A stretch of 64,000 nucleotides of DNA, taken from an uncultured Bacteroidia bacterium (lineage in GTDB: Bacteria > Bacteroidota > Bacteroidia > Bacteroidales > F082). The position numbers and the translations under genes are program-made. Below the pieces are notes generated by a model that saw only the letters and a program-made list of their open reading frames with translations, searched no databases and was not told where the DNA came from. The stretch is taken from contig CACZNA010000007.1 of NCBI GenBank assembly GCA_902782455.1, forward strand, positions 3,865 through 67,864, read 5' to 3'. The stretch's first letter is position 1, and every line of letters starts with the position of its first letter. Shown here piece after piece: positions 26,990 to 36,190 of the stretch.

Positions 26990-27568
26990 ATGGGAATCAG
27001 AAAATTCATAGGAAAAGCAGGCCTCAAATTGGGCGGCTGGAAAGTCGTCAACGAAGCCCCTAAAGACCTTGGCAACGCGGTTTGCATCGTTGCGCCGCAC
27101 ACGGCCATAGAAGATTTCTTCGTCGGGTTGGCCTTCTATTGGTCTTACGGCATCAAGTTCAAGGTGATGATAAAGAAGGAGTTCTTTGTTCCCGTCGTCG
27201 GCTGGCTCTTGAAGAAAGTCGGCGGAATCCCTGTCAACCGAGGGCACCAAAACCATCTTGTGGAACAGATGGTCGACATGTTCAGCCAAAACAAGGACAC
27301 GCACCTCATCATTTGTCCTGAAGGCACTCGAAAGGCTATAAAGCATTGGAAGAAAGGCTTCTATGTCATTGCTAAAGGTGCCCATGTACCCGTCATCCTC
27401 GGCTTCATCGACTACAAGAAAAGATATTGCGGAATCGAGAGAATCTTCTATCCCACAGGCGATTACGAAAAAGACTTGGCCAAGATTTGGGACTACTACA
27501 AGGACATCAAAGCCAAGCACCCCGAAGGCTTCAACCTTGACGAGCAATACCGAAACCCACAAGCATGA
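26990..27568 (+). CDS. Lysophospholipid (1-acyl-sn-glycerol-3-phosphate-type) acyltransferase family protein
   Basis: CIVAPHTAIEDFF (H..D box) and ICPEGTRK. Start at MGIRKF to avoid overlap with the upstream stop. Confidence 0.7.
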   Translation: MGIRKFIGKAGLKLGGWKVVNEAPKDLGNAVCIVAPHTAIEDFFVGLAFYWSYGIKFKVMIKKEFFVPVVGWLLKKVGGIPVNRGHQNHLVEQMVDMFSQNKDTHLIICPEGTRKAIKHWKKGFYVIAKGAHVPVILGFIDYKKRYCGIERIFYPTGDYEKDLAKIWDYYKDIKAKHPEGFNLDEQYRNPQA

Positions 27569-29031
27569 TTGACCTGACCACAAAAATCCACGACAAATTC
27601 ACCTTGGAATTTAAGGTGGGATTCAACACCGAAGCGACGGCAAAACCGATGAAACACAGCGACTTCGTGATGAACACATGGATTTTTGTGCCCAACAGTC
27701 TCGACATCAATGCGGCCAAGTACAGCAAAGATAACTTCTACCGCGACCTGAAATCGGATGTGCGCCTCATCACGCCGAATTATCCGCTTCATGATTTGGC
27801 TAATGACGAGCATCTCCTTCCCAACCAGTCACTTACCGACGAATTCAACAGGATTTTCGATACGCCCGAAGATACCGCCAATCTCGTCCATTCGCTCAAG
27901 ATGTACTGCGCCATCGCCAAAAGTGCCTTTCGAAACGCTGCACGAAAAGCCAAAAAATGTGAGACGCAACAACAACGCTACGAGGCTTGCCAAACCTACT
28001 TGGATGATGTGACGCAAGTGCTGAACCGATTCCGAAACCTCTACAAAAAGCTCAAAGACAGCAGGATAAAAGGCAAAATCGTTCAGGATTTCGCCTACGC
28101 GGATGAATTTTTGGGCAACATCTTCGCAGAATACACTTACCGCCTTCGCGATTATCTACGCCTCTCGTTTCCAGAAGATTACAAAATCTTTGAAACCCGT
28201 TTCAAGACAATACTCTTAGGCGAAAGAGCCTACAAGGAGCAGCAAGGCTATATCATTTTCCATCCCGACGACCCTAATGGCAACGAGGACTTCGTTTTCC
28301 GCGCCAGTCTGCTGAAAAAGTTCGCCGAAAGCGACCTTTACCTGAGTTCCAACAAGCGCAAAAACACCTTTTTGGTCGAACAAATCCTTTACAGCTTCGC
28401 CGCCGGAGCCGCTATGGTGGTGGCTACTTTGTCGTCGTTCTTCTTCCAACAGAAATACGGCAACTTCACTCTACCGTTCCTTATCGCATTGGTTATCAGC
28501 TATATGTTTAAGGATCGTTTGAAAGATTGGTTACGCCTTATCTTCGCCAAGCGCGTCAGCAGCAAAGTTTTTGATACACGCACCAACTTCAGCATCAAGG
28601 GAAGACACATCGGCTGGAGCAAGGACAGTTTCGACTTCATCGACAGCAACGAGGTGTTGCCTGAAGTAATGCGCCTTCGCAACCGTCTGCCCCTCTTCGA
28701 CGAGGTGAGCGGCAAAGATGAAAAAGTACTGCTGTTTCGCAAGAAAGTGGAGGTTTGGCGTGGCGAGTTGGCCAAAGCCAGTCCGTTTCCGATGAGAGGC
28801 ATCAACGACATCCTGCGCTACAACATCACCGAGTTTGTCCGCAAGATGGACAACCCCGACTTTCCCCTTGCCGGCACTTGGGAACAAGACGGCTACGTGC
28901 CTATCGTAGGCAGGAAAATTTACCGCCTACATTTCATCATCCAATGCGTTTACGAAGGCAAAACTGAATTCAAGCGCGTGATGGTAAAGTGCGACAAAAA
29001 CGGAATCGTCAGCGTGGAGGAAACCAATTAA
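27565..29031 (+). CDS. Conserved-looking membrane protein of unknown function, translationally coupled to the acyltransferase
   Basis: ATGA overlap with the upstream gene. Central hydrophobic helices (FAAGAAMVVATLSSFFF, FTLPFLIALVISYMF). No motif recognised. Confidence 0.5.
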   Translation: MIDLTTKIHDKFTLEFKVGFNTEATAKPMKHSDFVMNTWIFVPNSLDINAAKYSKDNFYRDLKSDVRLITPNYPLHDLANDEHLLPNQSLTDEFNRIFDTPEDTANLVHSLKMYCAIAKSAFRNAARKAKKCETQQQRYEACQTYLDDVTQVLNRFRNLYKKLKDSRIKGKIVQDFAYADEFLGNIFAEYTYRLRDYLRLSFPEDYKIFETRFKTILLGERAYKEQQGYIIFHPDDPNGNEDFVFRASLLKKFAESDLYLSSNKRKNTFLVEQILYSFAAGAAMVVATLSSFFFQQKYGNFTLPFLIALVISYMFKDRLKDWLRLIFAKRVSSKVFDTRTNFSIKGRHIGWSKDSFDFIDSNEVLPEVMRLRNRLPLFDEVSGKDEKVLLFRKKVEVWRGELAKASPFPMRGINDILRYNITEFVRKMDNPDFPLAGTWEQDGYVPIVGRKIYRLHFIIQCVYEGKTEFKRVMVKCDKNGIVSVEETN

Positions 29032-29750
29032 GCCTGTTGCAAACGGGCCAAAAGTACGTCGCGGAAGCTGGAACCGACCGGAATCTTGTTGCCCGCCACC
29101 GTCACATCACTCTTGTCCAAATCTTGTATGTGCTTGAACGACACAATGTAAGACTTATGCACACGGACAAATTTGTCTTCAGGCAGCACTTCCTCCAAAT
29201 CCTTTAATGCAAAAAGTGCCGTGATGCGTCGCTGTGTGGTGTGGAACGTCACATACTCATGTTGCCCTTCAATGAAAAGCAAGTCGTCGTAATTGATCTT
29301 ATAGAGTTTGTAATCAGCCTTCACGGTGATGAAATCGGAAGAGCGGCTGACGGTATCGGCCTTGCGTGTCTGCCCTTCAGCCTTGGGATGCACGTTGCCA
29401 ATAGCCTTGTTGATGGCCTGGATGAAACGCGGAAAATCGAAAGGCTTGAGCAGATAGTCGGTCACAGCAAGATTGAACGCATCAACGGCATACTCCGAAT
29501 AGGCCGTAGTGAAAATGACGGCTGGTTTCTTCTCTAAGCTTTTCACCAACTCAAGACCCGTCAAATCAGGCATTTGTATATCCAAAAGCATGATGTCTAC
29601 CACATCTTCTTTCAAAACGTTCATGGCTTCAAAGGCATTGGAGCATGTTGCCACAAGTTGAAGACTATCCACTTTCGAGACATAGTCCTGCAACAGTTTT
29701 TGGGCCAAATACTCATCGTCCACAATCATCACATTATACTTCTCTTTCAT
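29028..29750 (-). CDS. LytR/AlgR-family response regulator (REC + LytTR)
   Basis: REC domain VMIVDDEYL..DIMLLDIQMPDLTGLEL. C-terminal LytTR-like segment ..FVRVHKSYIVSFKHI. Confidence 0.85.
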   Translation of the reverse strand: MKEKYNVMIVDDEYLAQKLLQDYVSKVDSLQLVATCSNAFEAMNVLKEDVVDIMLLDIQMPDLTGLELVKSLEKKPAVIFTTAYSEYAVDAFNLAVTDYLLKPFDFPRFIQAINKAIGNVHPKAEGQTRKADTVSRSSDFITVKADYKLYKINYDDLLFIEGQHEYVTFHTTQRRITALFALKDLEEVLPEDKFVRVHKSYIVSFKHIQDLDKSDVTVAGNKIPVGSSFRDVLLARLQQA

Positions 29751-30832
29751 AGTGCTATTCTGACTTTATATGTTTTATCATCTTGTTGAATTTCAAAAAT
29801 ATAATCCTCTCCATAGTGCAGAAACAGACGTTGTTGCACGTTCTTTTGCCCGATGCCCGACTTCTTCTCGCCCATCCCGTTGATGGCCGTCGGCAGGGTG
29901 CTTTTCGCGATGCTGTTTTCCGCCTCAAAACAAAACTCATTTCCCGATTGCCTGATATTGATATGCACAAAGCCTTCAGGATGCGTCTCCAAACGGCTGT
30001 ATTTGAAGCAGTTTTCGATAACCGGCTGCAAAATCATCGGGGCAATCAAGAAATCCTCCTTGTCCACTTCCTTTTTCACATACACGTCGCGACGACCGGC
30101 CATGCGCATCATCTGGAAATCAATGAAATTCTTGATATAGTTGATTTCCTTGCTCAGCGGAATCATCTCAGCCTGACAATCCACAAGCACGTAACGAAGC
30201 ATTTCACTAAGTTTCAGAACACCGTCAGCAGCATTTTCGTCATGGGTATAAACCATTGAGTATATGTTGTTTAAGGCATTGAAAAGGAAATGCGGGTTAA
30301 TCTGCGACTTGAGATAACGCAACTCCATGTCCAACTTTTCGCTCTTCAACTGGTCGGCAATGATTTTCTCCTCATTCTCCTTGCGTTGGTAATAGAAAAT
30401 CAGCACGATAGCGTATGTGGAGATGAACCAAATCAAGCGCACCATGAACGTGAGAAAGATGAAGGGGAAAAACTCCATCTCTTCAAAAGGCCTCTTCACG
30501 ATCCAATGCAAAAGGCACAAATCGATGGCCGTGGATGTAGCTGCCCAAACCGCCAAAGTCAAGATGGTGAGCAAGATGAAAATGACTACGCGATTTTTAT
30601 CTTTCAACAACTTGTAAATCAACACTTTGTTGGTAAAAAACACCAACAGGACGACCATAATCAAGAAACACAACGAACTGACCGCCCTGAAGACATAGTT
30701 GCTGCTGGGATTCACCATGAAGTAGACGATATACAGCAACAGCCACACGGCGCCGCTCTTATAGAGACGCTCAAGCAGGTCGAGGTTGGAGGTCGGCAGT
30801 TGAGGCAATGTTGGCAAGTTGCGTTTCTTCAT
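29747..30832 (-). CDS. LytS-type sensor histidine kinase (His_kinase/PF06580-like)
   Basis: Multi-TM N-terminus. LKSQINPHFLFNALNNIYS phospho-acceptor box. 4-bp overlap with the response regulator gene. Confidence 0.85.
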   Translation of the reverse strand: MKKRNLPTLPQLPTSNLDLLERLYKSGAVWLLLYIVYFMVNPSSNYVFRAVSSLCFLIMVVLLVFFTNKVLIYKLLKDKNRVVIFILLTILTLAVWAATSTAIDLCLLHWIVKRPFEEMEFFPFIFLTFMVRLIWFISTYAIVLIFYYQRKENEEKIIADQLKSEKLDMELRYLKSQINPHFLFNALNNIYSMVYTHDENAADGVLKLSEMLRYVLVDCQAEMIPLSKEINYIKNFIDFQMMRMAGRRDVYVKKEVDKEDFLIAPMILQPVIENCFKYSRLETHPEGFVHINIRQSGNEFCFEAENSIAKSTLPTAINGMGEKKSGIGQKNVQQRLFLHYGEDYIFEIQQDDKTYKVRIAL

Positions 30833-30946
30833 CGCGCAAAAATTTGTGCAAAAATAAGATGAAAAACCGTTCCCATCCTCACAAATGATGATTTTTCCTC
30901 CCAGAAAGTATTATTAATAAGGAGAAAAACTTTAGGAAAGTCGCTG

Positions 30947-30954
30947 TATCTTTG
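30947..30954 (+). promoter_or_regulatory. -7 promoter box TATCTTTG upstream of feoAB
   Basis: TAnnTTTG match 15 nt upstream of ATG 30970. It argues against the ORF-track start at 30952. Confidence 0.45.
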
Positions 30955-30969
30955 CAAATTCAAAATAGT

Positions 30970-33333
30970 ATGCCAATGATAACACTTGATAAACTCGAAA
31001 TTGGACATTCCGCTCGCATCAAAACCGTAGGCGGAGAAGGCCAACGACGCCAGCATTTTTTGGACATGGGCGTGATTCCCGAAGCCATCGTCAAACTTGT
31101 GAAATTCGCCCCTATGGGCGACCCGATGGAGGTGATGATTCACGGTTACTCTCTCACTTTGCGCATTGCCGATGCCAAATTGATTACGGTGGAGCCTTGC
31201 GCTGAAGAGATGAAAACCAGCACTTTAGACCCCAATAAATTATACGACACTGCCCTGCACGACCACAACGCCCACCCTGGCCTTGGCGAAGCGGGAATCT
31301 ACCATGACAAGAGCCAAGAAAAACCGCTGCCCAAAGGTGTCAAACTGACTTTTGCCCTCGCCGGACAGCAAAATTGTGGCAAAACCACCCTCTTCAACCA
31401 ACTGACAGGCGCGAACCAACATGTGGGCAACTTCCCAGGCGTCACCGTCGACCGCAAGGACGGCACCATCAAGGGGCATCCTGAGACCTCCGTCACCGAT
31501 TTGCCGGGCATCTATTCGCTTTCGCCTTACACCTCTGAGGAAATCGTTTCGCGCGAGTTCATCATGAAAGACAAGCCCAAAGGCATCATCAACATTGTGG
31601 ATGCCAACAACATAGAACGCAACCTCTACCTGACCATGCAACTCATGGAATTGGGACAACCTATGGTATTGGCACTCAATATGATGGACGAGGTACGAAA
31701 CAATGGTGGCAGCATCCTCGTGAACGAGATGGAACGTATTCTCGGTATGCCTGTGGTACCCATCTCAGCCTCCAAAAACGAAGGCGTCTCAGAGTTGGTC
31801 GACCACGCCATGCACATTGCAAAGTACCAGGAAGCCCCTATGCGTCAGGACTTTTGCGACAAGGACGACCACGGCGGTGCCGTACACCGTTGCCTCCACA
31901 GCATCATGCACCTCATTGAAGACCACGCCCAACGCGCCGATATCCCCTTGCGATTTGCCGCATCGAAGCTCGTTGAGGGCGACTCGATTGTGCTTGAAGC
32001 CTTGCAACTCTCTCAGAATGAAAAAGAAACCTTGGAGCATCTCATTGTACAGATGGAAGAGGAACGCGGCCTCGACCGCGCCGCTGCCATGGCCGACATG
32101 CGTTTCACCTTCATCAAACGCCTCTGCGAACAAACCGTGGTGAAACCCAAGGAAAGCAAAGAATACCGCCGCAGCCGCAGCATCGACAAAGTCCTCACTG
32201 GCAAATGGACTGCCATCCCCATCTTTATCCTCGTCATGGTGAGCATCATCTATCTTTCCATCGATTTGCTCGGTGCCCCGCTACAAAACTGGCTCGACGA
32301 AGGCATCACTTGGCTTGCCGACGTATGTGGCAATGCCCTCGCCCATTGGAACGTCAGTCCTGCCGTGCAGTCGCTTGTCGTCGACGGCATTTTTGGCGGC
32401 GTTGGCAGCGTCCTAAGTTTCGTGCCTATCATCATCCTGCTGTTTTTCTTCCTCAGTCTTTTGGAAGACAGCGGCTACATGGCGCGTGTGGCTTTCGTCA
32501 GCGACAGTTTCTTGCGCAAGCTCGGTTTGACCGGACATAGCATCGTGCCCATGCTCATCGGTTTCGGTTGCACTGTGCCCGCAGTGATGGCCACCCGCAC
32601 CCTCCACTCCACCCACGACCGTTGGCGCACCATCCTGCTCACGCCTTTCATGAGTTGTTCGGCCAAAATCCCGATCTACGGCTTTTTCACAGCCGTGTTC
32701 TTTCCTGGTCATGGCGGTTTGGTGCTGATTTGCCTCTATCTGTTGGGTATCACCGTCGGCATCGTCACTGCGCTGTTTACCAAGTGGTTCGGCGACAAAG
32801 GCGATGTGGCACCCTTCGTGATGGAGCTGCCCAACTACCGTATGCCGAGCGCGAAAAACGTCGCCCACCTGCTATGGGACAAGACCAAAGACTTCGTGCA
32901 ACGTGCCTTCACGGTCATTTTCTTGGCCACTTTGGTCATTTGGTTTCTGCAAACATTTGATTTCCAATTCAATATGGTCGAAAACGGCGAAGGCAGCATG
33001 TTGGCAAGCCTGGCCGGCTGGATTGCGCCCGTCTTCAGTCCTTTGGGATTGGGCAACTGGCAAGTCGTCACTGCATTAATCAGTGGTTTCATGGCCAAAG
33101 AAAGCGTCGTCGCCACCCTTGAGGTCTTGGATGCCATGCCACTATTCACCACAGTGACAAGCATTTCCATGTTAGTGTTCTGTCTGCTTTACACGCCTTG
33201 TGTGGCCGCCATTGCCTCCATCCGCCGTGAATTAGGCACTAAGTGGATGCTGTTCATCATCGCCTTCCAGTGCGTCGTCGCATGGGTCTGCGCGTGGCTT
33301 GCCTATCTCATCGCCAATGCCGTCATCGCATGA
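30970..33333 (+). CDS. feoB: Ferrous iron transporter, FeoA-FeoB fusion
   Basis: N-terminal FeoA-like SH3 segment (LEIGHSARIKTVGGEG..RQHFLDMGVIPEA). Followed by the G-domain ALAGQQNCGKTTLFNQLTG, DLPGIYSL and the permease region. Confidence 0.9.
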   Translation: MPMITLDKLEIGHSARIKTVGGEGQRRQHFLDMGVIPEAIVKLVKFAPMGDPMEVMIHGYSLTLRIADAKLITVEPCAEEMKTSTLDPNKLYDTALHDHNAHPGLGEAGIYHDKSQEKPLPKGVKLTFALAGQQNCGKTTLFNQLTGANQHVGNFPGVTVDRKDGTIKGHPETSVTDLPGIYSLSPYTSEEIVSREFIMKDKPKGIINIVDANNIERNLYLTMQLMELGQPMVLALNMMDEVRNNGGSILVNEMERILGMPVVPISASKNEGVSELVDHAMHIAKYQEAPMRQDFCDKDDHGGAVHRCLHSIMHLIEDHAQRADIPLRFAASKLVEGDSIVLEALQLSQNEKETLEHLIVQMEEERGLDRAAAMADMRFTFIKRLCEQTVVKPKESKEYRRSRSIDKVLTGKWTAIPIFILVMVSIIYLSIDLLGAPLQNWLDEGITWLADVCGNALAHWNVSPAVQSLVVDGIFGGVGSVLSFVPIIILLFFFLSLLEDSGYMARVAFVSDSFLRKLGLTGHSIVPMLIGFGCTVPAVMATRTLHSTHDRWRTILLTPFMSCSAKIPIYGFFTAVFFPGHGGLVLICLYLLGITVGIVTALFTKWFGDKGDVAPFVMELPNYRMPSAKNVAHLLWDKTKDFVQRAFTVIFLATLVIWFLQTFDFQFNMVENGEGSMLASLAGWIAPVFSPLGLGNWQVVTALISGFMAKESVVATLEVLDAMPLFTTVTSISMLVFCLLYTPCVAAIASIRRELGTKWMLFIIAFQCVVAWVCAWLAYLIANAVIA

Positions 33334-33497
33334 ACTTAGCCACCATCATAGTATTGCTGATTGTCCTTGGAATGGTCGTGTTGGCCATTTATGGGCTGCA
33401 TAGCGGCAAGGGGAAGTGCTCTTGCGAATATAAAGAAAAGAGCAGCGAAAACTACTGCTCTTCCTGTAATGCAAATTGTCCCTTAAAAAAGAGATAA
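33330..33497 (+). CDS. FeoB-associated Cys-rich small membrane protein
   Basis: MNLATIIVLLIVLGMVVLAIYGL..GKCSCEY..CSSCNANC. ATGA overlap with the feoB stop. Confidence 0.7.
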   Translation: MNLATIIVLLIVLGMVVLAIYGLHSGKGKCSCEYKEKSSENYCSSCNANCPLKKR

Positions 33498-33523
33498 CAG
33501 AGATAACAAAATAATCTGTTAGC

Positions 33524-34672
33524 TTACTTCTTTTTTGTTTTCGGCAGCACCGCAAACTTGTAGATACAAAGCTGGTGATACTCCTCGCCAGGATTCAGAA
33601 TCGGCTTGGGTGCCAAAGATTCATGGTTGATGGCATCGGGGAAAAACTGCGTCTCAAGGGCAAGGCCTTCACGATAGGCCAACGGCTTGCCACACTTACC
33701 TGTGCACTTGCCATTGAAGAAGTTGCCGCTATAGAATTGCAGACCCACCTGATTGCTCCACACTTGCATCTCGCGACCGCTTTTGGGTTCGGTCAAGGTG
33801 GCATTCCAGGCGTAAGCTTTCGGGTCGGTTTTGTCGATAATCCAGTTTTGATCGTAGCCCTTGGCGTTCCTAAGTTGTTCGTCATCAGCACCGATGCGCT
33901 CACCGATGGTATGTTTCTCGCGGAAATCGAAAGGCGTTTCTTTCACGCCGCAGAACTTGCCCGTAGGAATCAAATGCTCGTCAACGATGGTCATGTAACG
34001 CGAATTGATTTGAAGCTCGTGGTCGAGGATGGTGCCGTTGCCTTCGCCCTTCAGGTTGAAGAACGAATGATGCGAGAAGTTGCACAAGGTCGGGGCGTCA
34101 GTCGTGGCCGCATAACGCACTTGCAACTGATTGTCGTTAGTCAGCGTATAGCTCATCGTCACGTCAAGGTTTCCAGGAAAACCGTCCAAGCCGTCTGCAA
34201 ACAAAGTGTGCATTGTTATCATCGTGTCATTGGCCGAAACCACATCCCAAACCATCTTGTCGGCGCCCACGAGACCACCATGCAAAGTGTTCTCACCGTC
34301 ATTCTTAGGCAGTTGATACTCAACATCATTCAATGTAAAAGTAGCGTTGGAAATACGGTTGGCACAACGACCGACCACAGCGCCAAGATAACGCTCGCCG
34401 CTGTTGTTGATGTATTTGTCAATATGGTCATAGCCGAGAACGATGTCTTCATAGCTGCCGCGCTGGTCGAGCATCCATAAGGCAACGATGCGACCACCAT
34501 AATTGGTAACTTGCATGGTCAGGAAGCCGTTGTGCATGGTATAAAGCGACACCGACTTGCCATCAATTACTTTGTTGAAATTGGTAGCGTCAATCAACTT
34601 TACTTCTTTTTTCTTAGGTCCGCAACTGACTAACAATAAGGCAATTGCAAAAATCGACAATGCTTTTTTCAT
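33524..34672 (-). CDS. galM: Aldose 1-epimerase (galactose mutarotase), lipoprotein
   Basis: ..GRCANRI..F.L.. YQL..N.G.N.LHGG.. and FCLETQ-like LALETQFFPD motifs. Lipobox LLLVSC. A TAATTTTG box lies at 34707-34714 on the minus strand. Confidence 0.85.
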   Translation of the reverse strand: MKKALSIFAIALLLVSCGPKKKEVKLIDATNFNKVIDGKSVSLYTMHNGFLTMQVTNYGGRIVALWMLDQRGSYEDIVLGYDHIDKYINNSGERYLGAVVGRCANRISNATFTLNDVEYQLPKNDGENTLHGGLVGADKMVWDVVSANDTMITMHTLFADGLDGFPGNLDVTMSYTLTNDNQLQVRYAATTDAPTLCNFSHHSFFNLKGEGNGTILDHELQINSRYMTIVDEHLIPTGKFCGVKETPFDFREKHTIGERIGADDEQLRNAKGYDQNWIIDKTDPKAYAWNATLTEPKSGREMQVWSNQVGLQFYSGNFFNGKCTGKCGKPLAYREGLALETQFFPDAINHESLAPKPILNPGEEYHQLCIYKFAVLPKTKKK

Positions 34673-34746
34673 TTCTTTCGATTTCTATCTTCAAAAATTT
34701 GGGCTGCAAAATTACAAAATCAGTTTCAACCTTGCAAACACATTTT

Positions 34747-36183
34747 TTATTGTGTTCTTGATACGCCCTGATAATCAACCTTTTTGCGCTTTTTCAAAAA
34801 CTCAATCACCATTTCTTCCGAGGTTTTGAACGTGCTGCGACCTTCGTCCATCGCCCTCAGGTCGATAGTCGATGCCATATAGCTGTTAAAAGCGACTTTA
34901 TACAGTTTCTTGGTCGAGAATGGTGCGCCCTTGGTCTCAATCCAAACGCTGTTGCCTTCGTCGCCGATGGTATAGGTCATGCCCGACACATACGATGGGT
35001 AGCCACCATTTTTGCGGTAGCTGTTAAGAATGAAATGCTTCACCTGCGCTCCAGTCATCTGATACACAATTATTTCGTTGTTGAAAGGGTCGATGCTGTA
35101 GACGTCCTTCACCGTTATGGGGCCTTCATCAAGATAGTTGACTCGAATCCCACCCGTGTTTTGGAAAGCGAAATCGGCACGGCTAATCACGCGAAAGGCA
35201 TCCGTCATCATACAACCGATTTCCTCCCTATTGTTGAAACGCGTCTTGGCCACCGCTATGGCTTCATTCAAAACAGGTGAGTTGTTGAACTCCTCAACCA
35301 AGGCTTTAATTTCTGGTTTTTCGTGGTTAAATTCTTTGACATTCAACACCATGGCATTCTTTTCGACCAACTTCCCTTCCTTGAATTTTAGGGTTACCAA
35401 AGTAGCATAATTAAGGTGTGAGCCTGACTGGGTGATGAGCACTCCGTTGTATTCCTTAGGATTCTCAACCAGAGTATGGCTGTGTCCCCCGATGATGACA
35501 TCCAACCAAGGATAGGTTTTGGCCAACTCTACATCGTCCTCAAAGCCGCAATGCGAAAGCAGAACCAATGCATCAGAATGGACTTTAAGAAATTGATACT
35601 CAGGCATCACAGCAAGGGCATTTTTGAAACTCACCTTGTTCAGGTTTTGTGGATGTGCCTCTGGAATTCCATCATGACCAACTTCTATCATGCCCACCAC
35701 GCCTAATTTAACACCCTGATTCTCAATGATAACATGCGACTCAACGTCGAGATTGACAGAATCGGGAATGAAAACATTGGCACAAAGGAATGGAAAATCG
35801 GCCCGCTTGATGTCTTCTTCCAAAGCGTCAATGCCTCCATCCCATTCGTGGTTGCCCACGGCACAAGCATCGAAACCGACTTCATTCATCAAGTTTATCA
35901 TCGGATAATTGACTGGATTGTACTGGTCGTTGACGGGATTGCCCGTGCGGTTGTCGCCTGCTGAGAAAACGAGGAGGTCGGGATAAACCTCACGCAAACT
36001 ATCAACCAATGCTGCAAACCTTGGAAACTTGTCGATGTCGGCATGAATATCATTGACAGTCAAAATGTTGACTTCGGCCTCAACAGCAGTAGAAGCCTGT
36101 TTTTGAGTCTTTGTTTTGCAGCCATAAAACACTGCAAAAAGCAATGCCACAAAGAGAAAAAGATAGTTCTTCATATAGTTCAA
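34747..36183 (-). CDS. Bifunctional metallophosphatase / 5'-nucleotidase (UshA-like)
   Basis: ILTVNDIHADID.., SAGDNRTGNP, GNHEWD, IIGGHSH metallophosphoesterase motifs plus a C-terminal 5'-nucleotidase domain. Confidence 0.85.
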   Translation of the reverse strand: MNYMKNYLFLFVALLFAVFYGCKTKTQKQASTAVEAEVNILTVNDIHADIDKFPRFAALVDSLREVYPDLLVFSAGDNRTGNPVNDQYNPVNYPMINLMNEVGFDACAVGNHEWDGGIDALEEDIKRADFPFLCANVFIPDSVNLDVESHVIIENQGVKLGVVGMIEVGHDGIPEAHPQNLNKVSFKNALAVMPEYQFLKVHSDALVLLSHCGFEDDVELAKTYPWLDVIIGGHSHTLVENPKEYNGVLITQSGSHLNYATLVTLKFKEGKLVEKNAMVLNVKEFNHEKPEIKALVEEFNNSPVLNEAIAVAKTRFNNREEIGCMMTDAFRVISRADFAFQNTGGIRVNYLDEGPITVKDVYSIDPFNNEIIVYQMTGAQVKHFILNSYRKNGGYPSYVSGMTYTIGDEGNSVWIETKGAPFSTKKLYKVAFNSYMASTIDLRAMDEGRSTFKTSEEMVIEFLKKRKKVDYQGVSRTQ

Positions 36184-36190
36184 AAATTGG

